NCBI GenBank assembly: GCA_963700055.1
Contig: CAVOWH010000004.1
Span: 369,468 to 433,467, forward strand
Length of the DNA: 64,000 bases
Direction of reading: 5' to 3'
DNA from: an uncultured delta proteobacterium
Lineage (GTDB): Bacteria; Desulfobacterota; Desulfobacteria; Desulfobacterales; SpSt-501
A program made the translations under genes and the position numbers. Below, piece by piece: positions 38,334 through 47,634 of this stretch. Every line of letters starts with the position of its first letter. The first letter of the stretch is position 1. The notes beneath the pieces are model-generated. The model did not search any database and had not been told where the DNA came from. It saw only the letters and a program-made list of their open reading frames with translations.

Positions 38334-38561
38334 TCAGGTCACGCACTCCACATCGATCTGGGAAGCCTCTTCCACTCGCAGGGAGACGTGATATCCCTTG
38401 ACGATCAGCTCCAAGGGATCCTTCAAAGGGGCATACTTTTCGACGTAAACCTCGGATCCCTTGACGATGCCCATTTCCAGAATCCGGCGGCGCAGAAGCC
38501 CTGCGCCGCCGACCCGCACAATCGTGGCGGTCTGGCCTTGCCTCAAATCACTGAGACGCAT
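38334..38561 (-). CDS. feoA: FeoA family protein
   Basis: 75 aa. The SH3-like pattern L.DL..G....I......G..RRRL.EMG...G..V. Confidence 0.85.
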   Translation of the reverse strand: MRLSDLRQGQTATIVRVGGAGLLRRRILEMGIVKGSEVYVEKYAPLKDPLELIVKGYHVSLRVEEASQIDVECVT

Positions 38562-38806
38562 GGTTCCTCGCTTTCAAAAAATGTCTATAAATCAACAAGT
38601 TCCGAGGTTCGGTCATGGCGAATTGGAATCTAAGCTCAGCGCCCGGGATTGTCAACCAAGCGCAGCAGGAGCGCAAACGATCTCCGGCACGGCCATTGGC
38701 AGGCTGCCGCATGCGGCGGCCTGTGCACCTGTGTCTTCCTGCGCAGGGTCGGGTGGATAACCGGCGGGCGGCACTATCCGAGCGAGGATAAAGGGGATGG
38801 CCGGGG

Positions 38807-39070
38807 TCAGCGGGCGCTCTGGATGTGCTGAATCATGGTTTGCAGTTTTTCGGAGAACACCGCGGGCACCGTCTGACGGCCGGCCTGTTTGCACAGGGCA
38901 ATGGTCTTTCTGAGCGATTGCAGGCACCCGAAACAGGCGACGCACTGGGCGATATGGGTTTCGATCTCGCGACGCTTCGCCTCATCCATCTCCCCGTCGA
39001 TGTACTCCGATAGCTTGTCAAAAAGCTCCAGGCAATGCGAGGGGTCGTGGGGGTCACACATCATGGCCAA
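38807..39070 (-). CDS. zinc-finger (HxxxCxxC) anti-sigma factor
   Basis: 87 aa. HIAQCVACFGC follows the ZAS motif. It overlaps the end of the ECF sigma gene by 17 nt. Confidence 0.7.
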   Translation of the reverse strand: MAMMCDPHDPSHCLELFDKLSEYIDGEMDEAKRREIETHIAQCVACFGCLQSLRKTIALCKQAGRQTVPAVFSEKLQTMIQHIQSAR

Positions 39071-39674
39071 AATATCCTTTTAGCTTGTCTCTCAGGAACA
39101 GCCGTGCTCGATGCAGGCGCACCTTGACGTTGGCAGGGGACAGGTTCAGGATCTGCGCAGTGTCCTCGGTGCTGAATTCTTCGATATCGCGCAGGATCAT
39201 CACAATCCGGTATTTTTCGGGAAGCGACCAGATGGCCTGACGCAGGATTCCCAGCAGCTCCTCGTTGAGCAGCTGCTCCAGCGGCATCCGCGCCCACTTC
39301 GCGACCTCGGCAGGAGCGGCGATCTGCTCGCGCTCGGCCAATTCCTCGAGCGGCAGCTCCGGCTCACGCGCGAACTTGGAACGCCTGCGTTTCTTGAGCG
39401 CCGTGTTGGCCGCCACCCGGTAGAGCCAGTTCTTGAACTTGGTTTCGTAGCGGAAATCCTTGAGATAGCGGTAGACGTTCAGAAAGGTGTCCTGGACCAG
39501 ATCCTCCGCATCGGATTCGTCCCGGCACATGCGCCGTCCGAAGGTGTAGAGCTTCTGCTCATAGCGCTGGACCAACTCCTGGAAGCGTTGCGTGTCTCCG
39601 GCATTGATCGCTTGGACCAGTTCGGTGTCGTCATCAAGGACGTTTTTGCGATTCGGATCCGGTTCCGCCGTCAT
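39054..39674 (-). CDS. ECF-type RNA polymerase sigma-70 factor
   Basis: Region 2 (AEDLVQDTFLNVYR, FKNWLYRVAANT) and region 4 (MILRDIEEFSTEDTAQILNLSPANVKVRLHRAR). Confidence 0.85.
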   Translation of the reverse strand: MTAEPDPNRKNVLDDDTELVQAINAGDTQRFQELVQRYEQKLYTFGRRMCRDESDAEDLVQDTFLNVYRYLKDFRYETKFKNWLYRVAANTALKKRRRSKFAREPELPLEELAEREQIAAPAEVAKWARMPLEQLLNEELLGILRQAIWSLPEKYRIVMILRDIEEFSTEDTAQILNLSPANVKVRLHRARLFLRDKLKGYFGHDV

Positions 39675-39705
39675 TTTTTCTTGTCACCTGACAAGCGTCG
39701 CGCAG

Positions 39706-39795
39706 TCAGGTGTTGACTCCCAGTTTCGGCAGCAGGTAGGCCTGGAGAAACACCCAAACGGCCACCACGGCCAGGAGGATGAAAAGCTCTTTCAT
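39706..39795 (-). CDS. possible 29-aa hydrophobic peptide (MKELFILLAVVAVWVFLQAYLLPKLGVNT)
   Basis: Below the ORF-track cut-off. ATG with GGAG 9 nt upstream and a single TM-like helix. It lies between copA and the ECF sigma gene. Confidence 0.25.
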   Translation of the reverse strand: MKELFILLAVVAVWVFLQAYLLPKLGVNT

Positions 39796-39958
39796 TTCGA
39801 TCTCCGAGAGAGGTTATAGTGAAGTGAAGTGAAGTTGTCCACTTATTTTTGGCTGCCGGTCAGTGGCTCGGGCGCGTCGAGCCGGAAGCAAGGCCCCGGC
39901 GCTCGGCGAAACACGCATAATGACCCGTTCGGCCGATTTCGGTTACAAGACCCAACGG

Positions 39959-42409
39959 TCAAGGCAACGGCGTTCGATAGAGGCGCAAGCTGTTGGTGAC
40001 GACCGAGACGCTGCTGAAGGCCATGGCCAACGCCGCCAGGATCGGATGGAGCTGGCGCAACATGTCCGGCAGGGATTCGAAGGGATACAAGGCGCCGGCC
40101 GCAATCGGCACCAAGACCAGGTTGTAGCCGAAGGCCCAGAAGAGATTCTGGGCGATGGTGCGCAGGGTCGCGCGGCTGAGCCGGATGGCGCGGGGGATTC
40201 CGTTCAAGCTGCCGCTGGAAAGGATCACGCCGGCGCTCTCGATGGCGACATCGGTGCCCGTGCCGATGGCCAGACCGACATCGGCCTGCGCCAAGGCCGG
40301 GGCGTCGTTGATGCCGTCGCCCACCATCCCGACCTTTTCGCCGGTGGTTTGAAGTTCTTTGACTTTGGCGGCTTTTTCATCCGGGCGAACCTCGGCGAAG
40401 ATGCGATCGATCGCCACGCTCGCGGCGATATGGCGGGCCGTTTCGAGGTTGTCGCCGGTCAGCATGACGACCCTCAGTCCCAGTTCGCGCAGGCCCGCGA
40501 TCGCCTCGGAGGAATCGGGCTTGAGCGGGTCGGAGACGGCGATCAAGCCGGCCAGGGCGTTGTCTCGGGCCACCGCCATCACCGTTTTGCCCGCCGACTG
40601 AAGCGCATGGATGCGCTCGGTCGCGTCTGCCATGGAGATCCCGAATTCATTTTCGATCCACTCGGCCTTGCCGACCGCGATTTTGGCGCCGTCTACGCGG
40701 CCCTGGACCCCTCGTCCGCCTGCGGATTGAAACTCCGATGGGACCTGAAGTGCCAGGCCTCTGTTTTCGGCCGCTTTTACGACGGCTCTGCCCAGCGGGT
40801 GTTCCGAACCCTTTTCGACGGCGGCCGCCAGGCGCAGCAGCTCGCCTTCTGCGAGGCCGCCGGGTTCTGTCGCAACCAGGTCTGTAACGGTCGGCTTGCC
40901 GCTGGTGATGGTTCCGGTCTTGTCGAGCACGATGGTGGTCAGCTTGCTCGCCAGTTCCAGTGCTTCACTGGATTTGAACAGAATGCCGCGCTCGGCGCCC
41001 TTGCCGGTGCCGGCCATGATGGCCGTGGGCGTGGCGAGCCCCAGGGCGCAGGGGCAGGCGATGACCAAAACCGCCACCAAGCGTATCATGGCGGCGACCC
41101 AGTCGCCGCCCAGCATCCACCACAGGATGAAAACCCCCAGCGCCAGCGCGATGATGGCCGGCACGAACACCGCCGCCACGCGGTCGGCCAACGCCTGGAT
41201 CGGCGCCTTGCTGCCCTGGGCCTCCTGGACCAAACGGATGATCTGGGCCAGGACCGTATCGCGTCCCACCGCTTTGGCCTCGAAGGTGAGCAGTCCTTCG
41301 CCGTTGATGCTGCCTCCGACCAGCGGGTCGCCCGGCCGCTTGTCGACGGGGATGGGTTCGCCGCTCAACATGGATTCGTCCACGGCGGACTCGCCTTGCC
41401 GGATGATCCCGTCCACCGGGATGCGTTCCCCCGGCCGCACGATGATGGCATCCCCCACGCGGACCCGGGAGAGGGGGATTTCGGTTTCAACGCCGTTCGC
41501 GAGCACGCTGGCCGTCTGGGGACGCAGTCCGATCAGCTTACGGATGGCGCCGCCGGTGCGGCCCTTGCTCCGCGACTCGAGCATCTTGCCGAGTTTGATG
41601 AGCGTGATGATGAGGGCTGAGGTTTCGAAGTAGACATGCTGTCCCAGGCCCGGGCCGACGAGGACCGCGCACGAATAGAGGTAGGCCACCGAGGAGCCCA
41701 TGGCCACGAGCACGTCCATGTTGGCGCTGCGGTTGCGCAGGCTCTTGAATCCGCCGGTGTAGTAATCCCAGCCGGTGTAAAACTGGACCGGGGTCGCCAA
41801 GGCCCAGAACAGCCAGTTCACCCAAGGCGCGTGGCTCCAGGCCCCGGTCAAGCCGAAATCGCGGCCCATGCTCAACCCGAAAAGCGGCAGCGCGCACAGC
41901 AGGCCGACGATGAACTTGCGGGTCTGCTCGGCGATGTCGCGCCGCCGGGCAGCCGCTTCGGCATCCTCGGCCGCCGGGGATTCGCTTGGCGCTGCCGCGC
42001 CGAAGCCGGCGCCGGCCACGGCGGCGATCAAGTCGTCCACGGAGACCGTGCCGGGCAGATATTCGACGGCCGCTCGTTCCGAGGCGAAATTCACAGCGGC
42101 CTGGATGACACCCGGGACCTTCCGGTTGAGCGTGCGCTCGATGGTGGCGGCGCAGTTGGCGCAGCTCATTCCGGTGAGTCCCAAATCGATGTGAGCGGTC
42201 GGGACGTCAAAACCGGCGCCGCGGACCTGCGCGACGATCTGGGCAAGACGCGTCTCCCGGGGATCGAAGCTGACGGCGGCCTGTTCGCTCGCAAAATTGA
42301 CTCTGGCCGCGGACACCCCGCCGAGCTTTTTCAAAACCCGCTCGACGGTGGCGGCGCAGTTGGCGCACGTCATGCCGGCGATGGGGATCTGGAGGGTTTG
42401 GGTGGACAT
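39959..42409 (-). CDS. copA: copper-translocating P1B-type ATPase
   Basis: 816 aa. Two N-terminal HMA domains ([16 protein letters not shown]), the CPC motif ([11 protein letters not shown]), DKTGT and GDGINDAP. Confidence 0.9.
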   Translation of the reverse strand: MSTQTLQIPIAGMTCANCAATVERVLKKLGGVSAARVNFASEQAAVSFDPRETRLAQIVAQVRGAGFDVPTAHIDLGLTGMSCANCAATIERTLNRKVPGVIQAAVNFASERAAVEYLPGTVSVDDLIAAVAGAGFGAAAPSESPAAEDAEAAARRRDIAEQTRKFIVGLLCALPLFGLSMGRDFGLTGAWSHAPWVNWLFWALATPVQFYTGWDYYTGGFKSLRNRSANMDVLVAMGSSVAYLYSCAVLVGPGLGQHVYFETSALIITLIKLGKMLESRSKGRTGGAIRKLIGLRPQTASVLANGVETEIPLSRVRVGDAIIVRPGERIPVDGIIRQGESAVDESMLSGEPIPVDKRPGDPLVGGSINGEGLLTFEAKAVGRDTVLAQIIRLVQEAQGSKAPIQALADRVAAVFVPAIIALALGVFILWWMLGGDWVAAMIRLVAVLVIACPCALGLATPTAIMAGTGKGAERGILFKSSEALELASKLTTIVLDKTGTITSGKPTVTDLVATEPGGLAEGELLRLAAAVEKGSEHPLGRAVVKAAENRGLALQVPSEFQSAGGRGVQGRVDGAKIAVGKAEWIENEFGISMADATERIHALQSAGKTVMAVARDNALAGLIAVSDPLKPDSSEAIAGLRELGLRVVMLTGDNLETARHIAASVAIDRIFAEVRPDEKAAKVKELQTTGEKVGMVGDGINDAPALAQADVGLAIGTGTDVAIESAGVILSSGSLNGIPRAIRLSRATLRTIAQNLFWAFGYNLVLVPIAAGALYPFESLPDMLRQLHPILAALAMAFSSVSVVTNSLRLYRTPLP

Positions 42410-42503
42410 ATCCGTTTCAAATAAGGAATGGCATAACGCATGGGGCAGAGGGCATGGGGTAGAAGAAAGTGGGTCTTTTGCCCTTTGCGCTATGCTCTCT
42501 GCC

Positions 42504-43349
42504 CTATGCGGGTTTTCGGGTTACGACATGCCAGGGATTCAGCAGATCCTCCTTGTTGTAAAGCAGCGGCCGCCCGGTGTCGTGCCGCGCGACGCGGGCG
42601 CCGGCGGCCTCGGCGATTACCTGGCCGGCGGCCGTATCCCACTCCATGGTCGGTCCCAGCCGCGGGTATACGTCGGCGCGGCCCTCGGCCACCAGACAGT
42701 ATTTGAGCGAACTGCCGGCGGAGATGAAGGCCACCGCACCCAGTTCGCGGCGTTTCTGGTCGACGTAGGCGTGCAGTTCAGGCGTCGCATGCGAGCGGCT
42801 GCCGACGATGACGAAAGGCACGTGCGCGTCCCGGTCGACGGGCAGTTGGTGGGAGTGCTCTCGGAGCTGCTTCAAGATGGTCCCCGCCTCGCGGTCGCGG
42901 GCACCCGCGGCCAAATCCGCAATGGCAACGGGATTCTCCAGGCGAAAGGACCCGTCTTCGATCCGACCGAAATAAAGCAGGTTTTTCACCGGCACGAAGA
43001 CAGCCCCCAGCGTCGGGCGCCGGTCTTCGACCAGGGCCACGTTGATCGTGAACTCGCCCAGACGCTTGACGAACTCTTTGGTTCCGTCCAGGGGGTCGAC
43101 GATCCACAACCGGCGCCACCGGCCGCGCTGCGCGTGCGGGATGTCCCTGCCTTCTTCGCTCAGGATGGGGATCTGTGTTTCTTCCAAACAGCCGACGATG
43201 ATCTCGTGGGAACGCCGGTCGGCCACAGTGAGCGGCGAGCGGTCCTTTTTGTATTCCACTTCGATCTCGGATCGGTACACTTCGAGCGTGGCCTGCCCCG
43301 CCAGGACCGACGCCCGGGCCGCCGTCACGAGCAGATCGTCGCGTTCCAT
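42504..43349 (-). CDS. cysQ: 3'(2'),5'-bisphosphate nucleotidase
   Basis: Start at MERDD. Inositol-monophosphatase-fold motifs [16 protein letters not shown] and the CysQ-type C-terminus (WDTAAGQVI). Confidence 0.8.
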   Translation of the reverse strand: MERDDLLVTAARASVLAGQATLEVYRSEIEVEYKKDRSPLTVADRRSHEIIVGCLEETQIPILSEEGRDIPHAQRGRWRRLWIVDPLDGTKEFVKRLGEFTINVALVEDRRPTLGAVFVPVKNLLYFGRIEDGSFRLENPVAIADLAAGARDREAGTILKQLREHSHQLPVDRDAHVPFVIVGSRSHATPELHAYVDQKRRELGAVAFISAGSSLKYCLVAEGRADVYPRLGPTMEWDTAAGQVIAEAAGARVARHDTGRPLLYNKEDLLNPWHVVTRKPA

Positions 43350-43351
43350 GG

Positions 43352-43555
43352 TCACGCCGCCGGAAAATTGATCTCGTTCAGGGCGGCGCGGATCTGCGCC
43401 TCGGTCGCCGGAGCGTCCCACGCGACATCCACGGTCTTGAACTGCGGGTTGCCCTCCACTTGGCGGATGCCTTTCAGTCCTTTCAATTCCTTGGTGATGG
43501 TCATCACGCAGTGACCGCATGAGATCTTGGGGACTGAAAACGTCTTGCGCTCCAT
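43352..43555 (-). CDS. copZ: heavy-metal-associated (HMA) copper chaperone
   Basis: 67 aa. ISCGHCV metal-binding motif in a ferredoxin-like fold. Its stop is adjacent to the cysQ start. Confidence 0.8.
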   Translation of the reverse strand: MERKTFSVPKISCGHCVMTITKELKGLKGIRQVEGNPQFKTVDVAWDAPATEAQIRAALNEINFPAA

Positions 43556-43618
43556 GGTCGAAAGCCCCTTTCATTCTTTTAGGGAGATAGATGAATGCTA
43601 ACGCCGAATCGCGATGTG

Positions 43619-44428
43619 TCAAATGCCGGCGCCGCAGAACCGGCGTGAAAAATCCTCGAAGTCGCTGTCCTGGAATAGATGGGCAAAACGTTCACCGTGC
43701 CGGCTGCGCGTCTTGTAGAGATCCAGGCAGGCCTGCACGATCTCGATCACCTGGTCCTCGCTGAAGATCCCCGGCAGTTCGCGCGCCAGGCGCGGGCGGC
43801 GACCGAGCCGCCCGCCGAGTTGCACCCGGAATCCCCGCCAGGCTTCGGCGATGGTCCCGGTGGGGCAGTCCCGGATGCATGCGCCGCAATTCAGGCAGCG
43901 CTCCGAATCGATGCGGAGCGGGTCGCCGGCCCCCGCCAGCGCGATGGCCTGCTCGGCGCAGGACGCGGTGCAGGCCGCGCATGAGGAACAAGCTTCCCTG
44001 GTGGTTTCCGGCACGGCGGCGCCGATGATGCCGATGTCCTTGATCTGCGGCTGGGAGCAAGCATTCGGGCAGTCGGCCAGCGTGGCACGGAATTCGTGAT
44101 GAAACTTGAGATCGCCCTGAACCCGGGATTTGAGAAAGCCGAGAAGATCGGCGCCCTGGATCAGTTTTTCGACGCGTGCGAGCAACGAATCGCTGATCAC
44201 GGCCCGGTTCGGGCAGCCGCTGGGACCGAAGCAGGTGTCGAGCTGGTAGCCCTTGATTTCGGAGTGCATGCCGGACAGGTAGCGGGCTTGGGTGGCCTTG
44301 ACGTCGGCCAGGGCGACGCGGTCTTTGCCGGCATCGTTTGCCTCCTTCTCCACCCGCGCGCGAACGCGCTTGCGGACGAAGAAAGGAACGCGCTTCAAGG
44401 CAGATTCGGCTTCGGCGCTCCATTCCAT
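43619..44428 (-). CDS. Fe-S protein: PCP-reductase-like N-terminal domain plus sulfite/nitrite-reductase-type ferredoxin half-domain with an inserted 2x[4Fe-4S] motif
   Basis: EWSAEAESALKRVPFFVRKRVRARVE (PF08369-like), then CPNACSQPQIKDIGIIG, then CSSCAACTASC and CLNCGACIRDCP. Confidence 0.6.
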   Translation of the reverse strand: MEWSAEAESALKRVPFFVRKRVRARVEKEANDAGKDRVALADVKATQARYLSGMHSEIKGYQLDTCFGPSGCPNRAVISDSLLARVEKLIQGADLLGFLKSRVQGDLKFHHEFRATLADCPNACSQPQIKDIGIIGAAVPETTREACSSCAACTASCAEQAIALAGAGDPLRIDSERCLNCGACIRDCPTGTIAEAWRGFRVQLGGRLGRRPRLARELPGIFSEDQVIEIVQACLDLYKTRSRHGERFAHLFQDSDFEDFSRRFCGAGI

Positions 44429-44435
44429 GCCAAGC

Positions 44436-45146
44436 TCACCTTTCCACAGCACCCGTTCGTATCCATCGCAGCGCCTGCGCAGCCAGCGCACCCACCGAAC
44501 AGGTTTCCAGACGATTCCCGCGATAGAGGCGGATAGCGGCGTTGTCGGCCGCCAGCATTTCCAGCCGCGGTGTCAGGCTCGCATCGGCCAGGGGTCCGCA
44601 GGCCCAGGCGGCGAGCCCCCGCAGGGCCTCCTCGGACGATCCCAGGAAGGGCCCAAGGAGGTCGGCGCATTCGGCCATCCGCGCGCCGCGGGCATGGGCC
44701 AGGCGCCCGAGCCCCCACAACACCCCTGCCTGCAAGGCAGGGTGCTCGATGAAATTGCGCTCCGGGTGGAGATAGGACCACAGGATACAGCCGTATTCAT
44801 CGGCCAGCCGGTCGCTGCGAGCCATGCACTCGCCCATGGCCTCCGGACAGCCCCAGCCGATGCCGCCGGATTCCTCGTTGAGGTTCCACATGAGGCGGCG
44901 CATGACCACCCGCGCGGATTCCAGGTTCTCATCCGCCAGCCGGGACACGACCAGCCCCATCGCGGACACGGCCCGCCAGCGCCGCAACACATCCGCGTCA
45001 CAGAAAAACGCGAACAAGGGGTTGACGACCTTCCGGCCCGGCAGGTGGCGGATGGCGTCCAAGGACGACGGAAAGGCGTCGGCGACCAGGAGGGGGGCGA
45101 CGATCTTTTTGAGTTCGCGCCCGCCGATGGGGCGATACGGTTTCAT
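44436..45146 (-). CDS. HEAT-repeat-like hypothetical protein (resembles the 'DVU0298 family')
   Basis: Start at MKPYRPIGG. Alpha-helical repeats with GGIGWGCPEAMGE. The family name is from memory only. Confidence 0.45.
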   Translation of the reverse strand: MKPYRPIGGRELKKIVAPLLVADAFPSSLDAIRHLPGRKVVNPLFAFFCDADVLRRWRAVSAMGLVVSRLADENLESARVVMRRLMWNLNEESGGIGWGCPEAMGECMARSDRLADEYGCILWSYLHPERNFIEHPALQAGVLWGLGRLAHARGARMAECADLLGPFLGSSEEALRGLAAWACGPLADASLTPRLEMLAADNAAIRLYRGNRLETCSVGALAAQALRWIRTGAVER

Positions 45147-45177
45147 GGTCGTTAGGATCGCGGTCGCTGTCCTGGTT

Positions 45178-45291
45178 CTAAAACGTGCTGATCTCGAAGC
45201 CCTGGGGCCGGCAACCGCACATGCCGGGATGACCGGACATGTCTTCCCGGAGAGCAAGGTGTTGGGCCCGGGCGGATACAATGGTCTGCAT
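45178..45291 (-). CDS. possible 37-aa Cys-containing peptide (MQTIVSARAQHLALREDMSGHPGMCGCRPQGFEISTF)
   Basis: Not in the ORF track. An ATG-to-TAG frame of 114 nt lies 13 nt after the ferredoxin stop and 31 nt before the next gene. The SD is weak. Confidence 0.2.
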   Translation of the reverse strand: MQTIVSARAQHLALREDMSGHPGMCGCRPQGFEISTF

Positions 45292-45303
45292 TTTTCCCAA
45301 GCG

Positions 45304-45495
45304 CTAATCTTCTTCCCAGCAGATGCAGTCAGTGGGGCAGTTCTTGATGGCCTCGTCGACCTGATCGACCGGGTAGGGGTCGAGATCGGACGCCTCGATG
45401 AAGCCGGCATCGTTCACCCGAAAGACCGCGGGGCAGACCGCCACACAGCCCTCGCAGAGGGTGCAATCGCCGAGTTCGATGACGGGACGTTTCAT
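45304..45495 (-). CDS. small ferredoxin (single [3Fe/4Fe-4S] cluster type)
   Basis: 63 aa. CTLCEGCVAVCP ... CPTDCI. Confidence 0.75.
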   Translation of the reverse strand: MKRPVIELGDCTLCEGCVAVCPAVFRVNDAGFIEASDLDPYPVDQVDEAIKNCPTDCICWEED

Positions 45496-45542
45496 GGTTT
45501 CTAACTCGTGCGCTACGCGACGCGTTGCTCTTTCGGAAAGCG

Positions 45543-46787
45543 TTACCGTGGCGTTCCGATTTCCGCCGACGATCCGGCGGCGGTCCGCGTTCCGGCACCG
45601 GCCGCTGCCGCCACGGCTTGGCCGATCTTGCGGCCGAATTCATGGCAGCTGTCGAGGATCGGTTTTTCGGGAACGAACTGGGTGCGCAGCCCCGGCTGGG
45701 CGAGTTCGATTTTCATCTCCGTCAACTCGCTTTCGATCTGCTTGACCGCCTCTCCGCTCCACCCGTAAGAACCGAACGCCGCCCCGAGCTTGTTTTTCGG
45801 TTTGAGCCCTTTCATGTAGCAGAGAAAATCCGCAACCGTGGGAAACAGGCCGTTGTTGAGGGTGGGGGAGCCCACGACCACGGCGCGGGCGTCGAAAACC
45901 TCGGTCATCACTTCGCTGCGATGCCAGGCGCGCAGGTTCATCGGCTTTGACGGCACGCCGGCCGCCATGATCCCGGCATTGATGGCCTCGGCCATCTTCC
46001 CGGTGCTGTGCCACATGGTATCGTAGATCACGACCGCCTTTTTTTCCGGATCCTGGCGGCACCAGTCCAGATAGGCCTGGACGATCTTGCCGGGCGCTTG
46101 GCGCCAGATGACGCCGTGATCCGGGCAGATCATGCGCAGATCGAGTTTCATCTCCGCCACTTGCCGGATCAATTTTTCGATGTGCGTCGCATAGAGCAGC
46201 AGGATGTTGGCGAAGTATTTCTTGGCGTGGACCATGATCCGGTCACCGATCTCGTCGTCGAAGGTCTCGGGACCGGCGTAGTGCTGGCCGAAGCCGTCGC
46301 TTGAAAAGAGAATGCCGTCCTCCTTGAGATAGGAGAACATGCTGTCCGGCCAGTGAATCATGCGGGTTTCCAGGAAGGCCAGGGTGCGTTGGCCGAGTTT
46401 AAGCTCGTCGCCCGAGCCGACCGCCTGGTAGTTCCACTTTTGGGGGAAATGGCGCGCCAGGTTCTTAACCCCCATTTTCGAGCAATACAGAGGCTTGTCG
46501 TCGCCGACTCGGTGCATGATGCGGGCGAGGCTTCCGGAGTGGTCGAGCTCGGTGTGATTGCTGATCACCAGGTCGATTTTACGCGGATCCACGATGCGGG
46601 CGATGTGGTCGATCAGCTGGTCGGCGAATTCCTTTTTGACCGAGTCGATCAACGCGATTTTGTCATCCAGCACTAAAAACGCGTTGTAAGTGGTACCCAC
46701 ATCGGTGGAGTAGCCGTGGAAGTCCCTGACATTCCAATCTCTGACACCCACGCTGTAAACTCCGGGAGCAATCTTTACAGGATCCAT
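45543..46787 (-). CDS. roo: flavodiiron protein (rubredoxin:oxygen oxidoreductase / FprA type)
   Basis: 414 aa. Metallo-beta-lactamase-like domain with SNHTELDHSGSL, followed by a flavodoxin domain (KAVVIYDTMWHSTGKMA). Confidence 0.9.
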   Translation of the reverse strand: MDPVKIAPGVYSVGVRDWNVRDFHGYSTDVGTTYNAFLVLDDKIALIDSVKKEFADQLIDHIARIVDPRKIDLVISNHTELDHSGSLARIMHRVGDDKPLYCSKMGVKNLARHFPQKWNYQAVGSGDELKLGQRTLAFLETRMIHWPDSMFSYLKEDGILFSSDGFGQHYAGPETFDDEIGDRIMVHAKKYFANILLLYATHIEKLIRQVAEMKLDLRMICPDHGVIWRQAPGKIVQAYLDWCRQDPEKKAVVIYDTMWHSTGKMAEAINAGIMAAGVPSKPMNLRAWHRSEVMTEVFDARAVVVGSPTLNNGLFPTVADFLCYMKGLKPKNKLGAAFGSYGWSGEAVKQIESELTEMKIELAQPGLRTQFVPEKPILDSCHEFGRKIGQAVAAAAGAGTRTAAGSSAEIGTPR

Positions 46788-46957
46788 TTTCTACCTCTTT
46801 CGGTGCATCCGATTTTTCATCCATGCCGATTCTAATCATCAAAGGAGGGAAGGCAACCGGCGGTTGCCATAGATCCGCCGCGATCTTCAAACTGCCGGTC
46901 TGCGCCGGCCGACCGGACCTTGCTCCATAAGCTGGAGGATCGACAAAGCCAAAAGGC

Positions 46958-47000
46958 GATGCCCTTTTTTTCAGCCCCGCGGCTGAAAGCAAAGGGCATC
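46958..47000 (-). terminator. long hairpin after the rubredoxin gene (intrinsic terminator or attenuator on the minus strand)
   Basis: Outer stem GATGCCCTTT (46958-46967) / AAAGGGCATC (46991-47000). Inner stem TCAGCC/GGCTGA. On the minus strand it is followed by GCCUUUUGGCUUUG. Confidence 0.45.
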
Positions 47001-47027
47001 CATTGTGGGCGGGATGAGACGGCCGCT

Positions 47028-47189
47028 TCAGGCTTCTTTGGCGAAGTCCGCCTTGGAAGCGCCGCAGACCGGGCATTCCCAGCTGTCCGGAACTTTTTCG
47101 AAAGGGGTTCCGGCGGGGACCCCATTGTCGGGGTCGCCCTGGGCGGGATCGTAAACGTAACCGCACACCTGGCAAACATATCTGGTCAT
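47028..47189 (-). CDS. rubredoxin (53 aa, classic CxxC...CPxC)
   Basis: Not in the ORF track because it is under 60 aa. Manual translation gives [53 protein letters not shown]. Confidence 0.85.
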   Translation of the reverse strand: MTRYVCQVCGYVYDPAQGDPDNGVPAGTPFEKVPDSWECPVCGASKADFAKEA

Positions 47190-47394
47190 GTTCTCTCTCC
47201 TCCTTTTTTTGGGTTGGACTGGGGTTTTTAAGCTCTATTTCTTATGGGTTTGGAAAAAGTCCTTCGCCCCGAAGGCTTCGTGAAAAGTTTAAGGTCGAGG
47301 CGCGCGCGTCCCGTGGAACGAGGCGCACATACAGCACGCCGCCAGTGACTGCGGGGCGGGGCGCAACGCCGAGACGGGGCTCTTGGCGGAGCCG

Positions 47395-47604
47395 TCACGC
47401 CTGCTCGTCTCGGACCGACCCCGGCCCGACCAGCGGCTTGAATATTTTTTTGCCGGCCCCGCACACCGGGCAGACCCAGTGGTCGGGAAGATCCTTGAAC
47501 TGGACCCCCTTGGGTATCTTGCCTCGGCGATCCCCGCGGTCCGGGTCGTAAAGGCAGCCGCAGTTAACGGTTTGGCACTGATGCATGTCTTCGGGTTTGG
47601 ACAT
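47395..47604 (-). CDS. rubredoxin-like protein with atypical first Cys motif
   Basis: CQTVNCGCLYDP...FKDLPDHWVCPVCGAGK. The second knuckle is canonical and the first has non-canonical spacing. Confidence 0.7.
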   Translation of the reverse strand: MSKPEDMHQCQTVNCGCLYDPDRGDRRGKIPKGVQFKDLPDHWVCPVCGAGKKIFKPLVGPGSVRDEQA

Positions 47605-47634
47605 GGGGGTACCCCTTAACGTACGAGGTTCATA

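Noticed and set aside
46851-46866. The perfect 16-bp palindrome GGCAACCGCGGTTGCC-like sequence (GGCAACCG/CGGTTGCC) upstream of roo might be a redox-regulator operator.
   Set aside because: It matches no operator consensus I know (Rex, PerR, Fur or HcpR). It is a single occurrence in the window and cannot be separated from a simple RNA stem, so I note it but do not call it.
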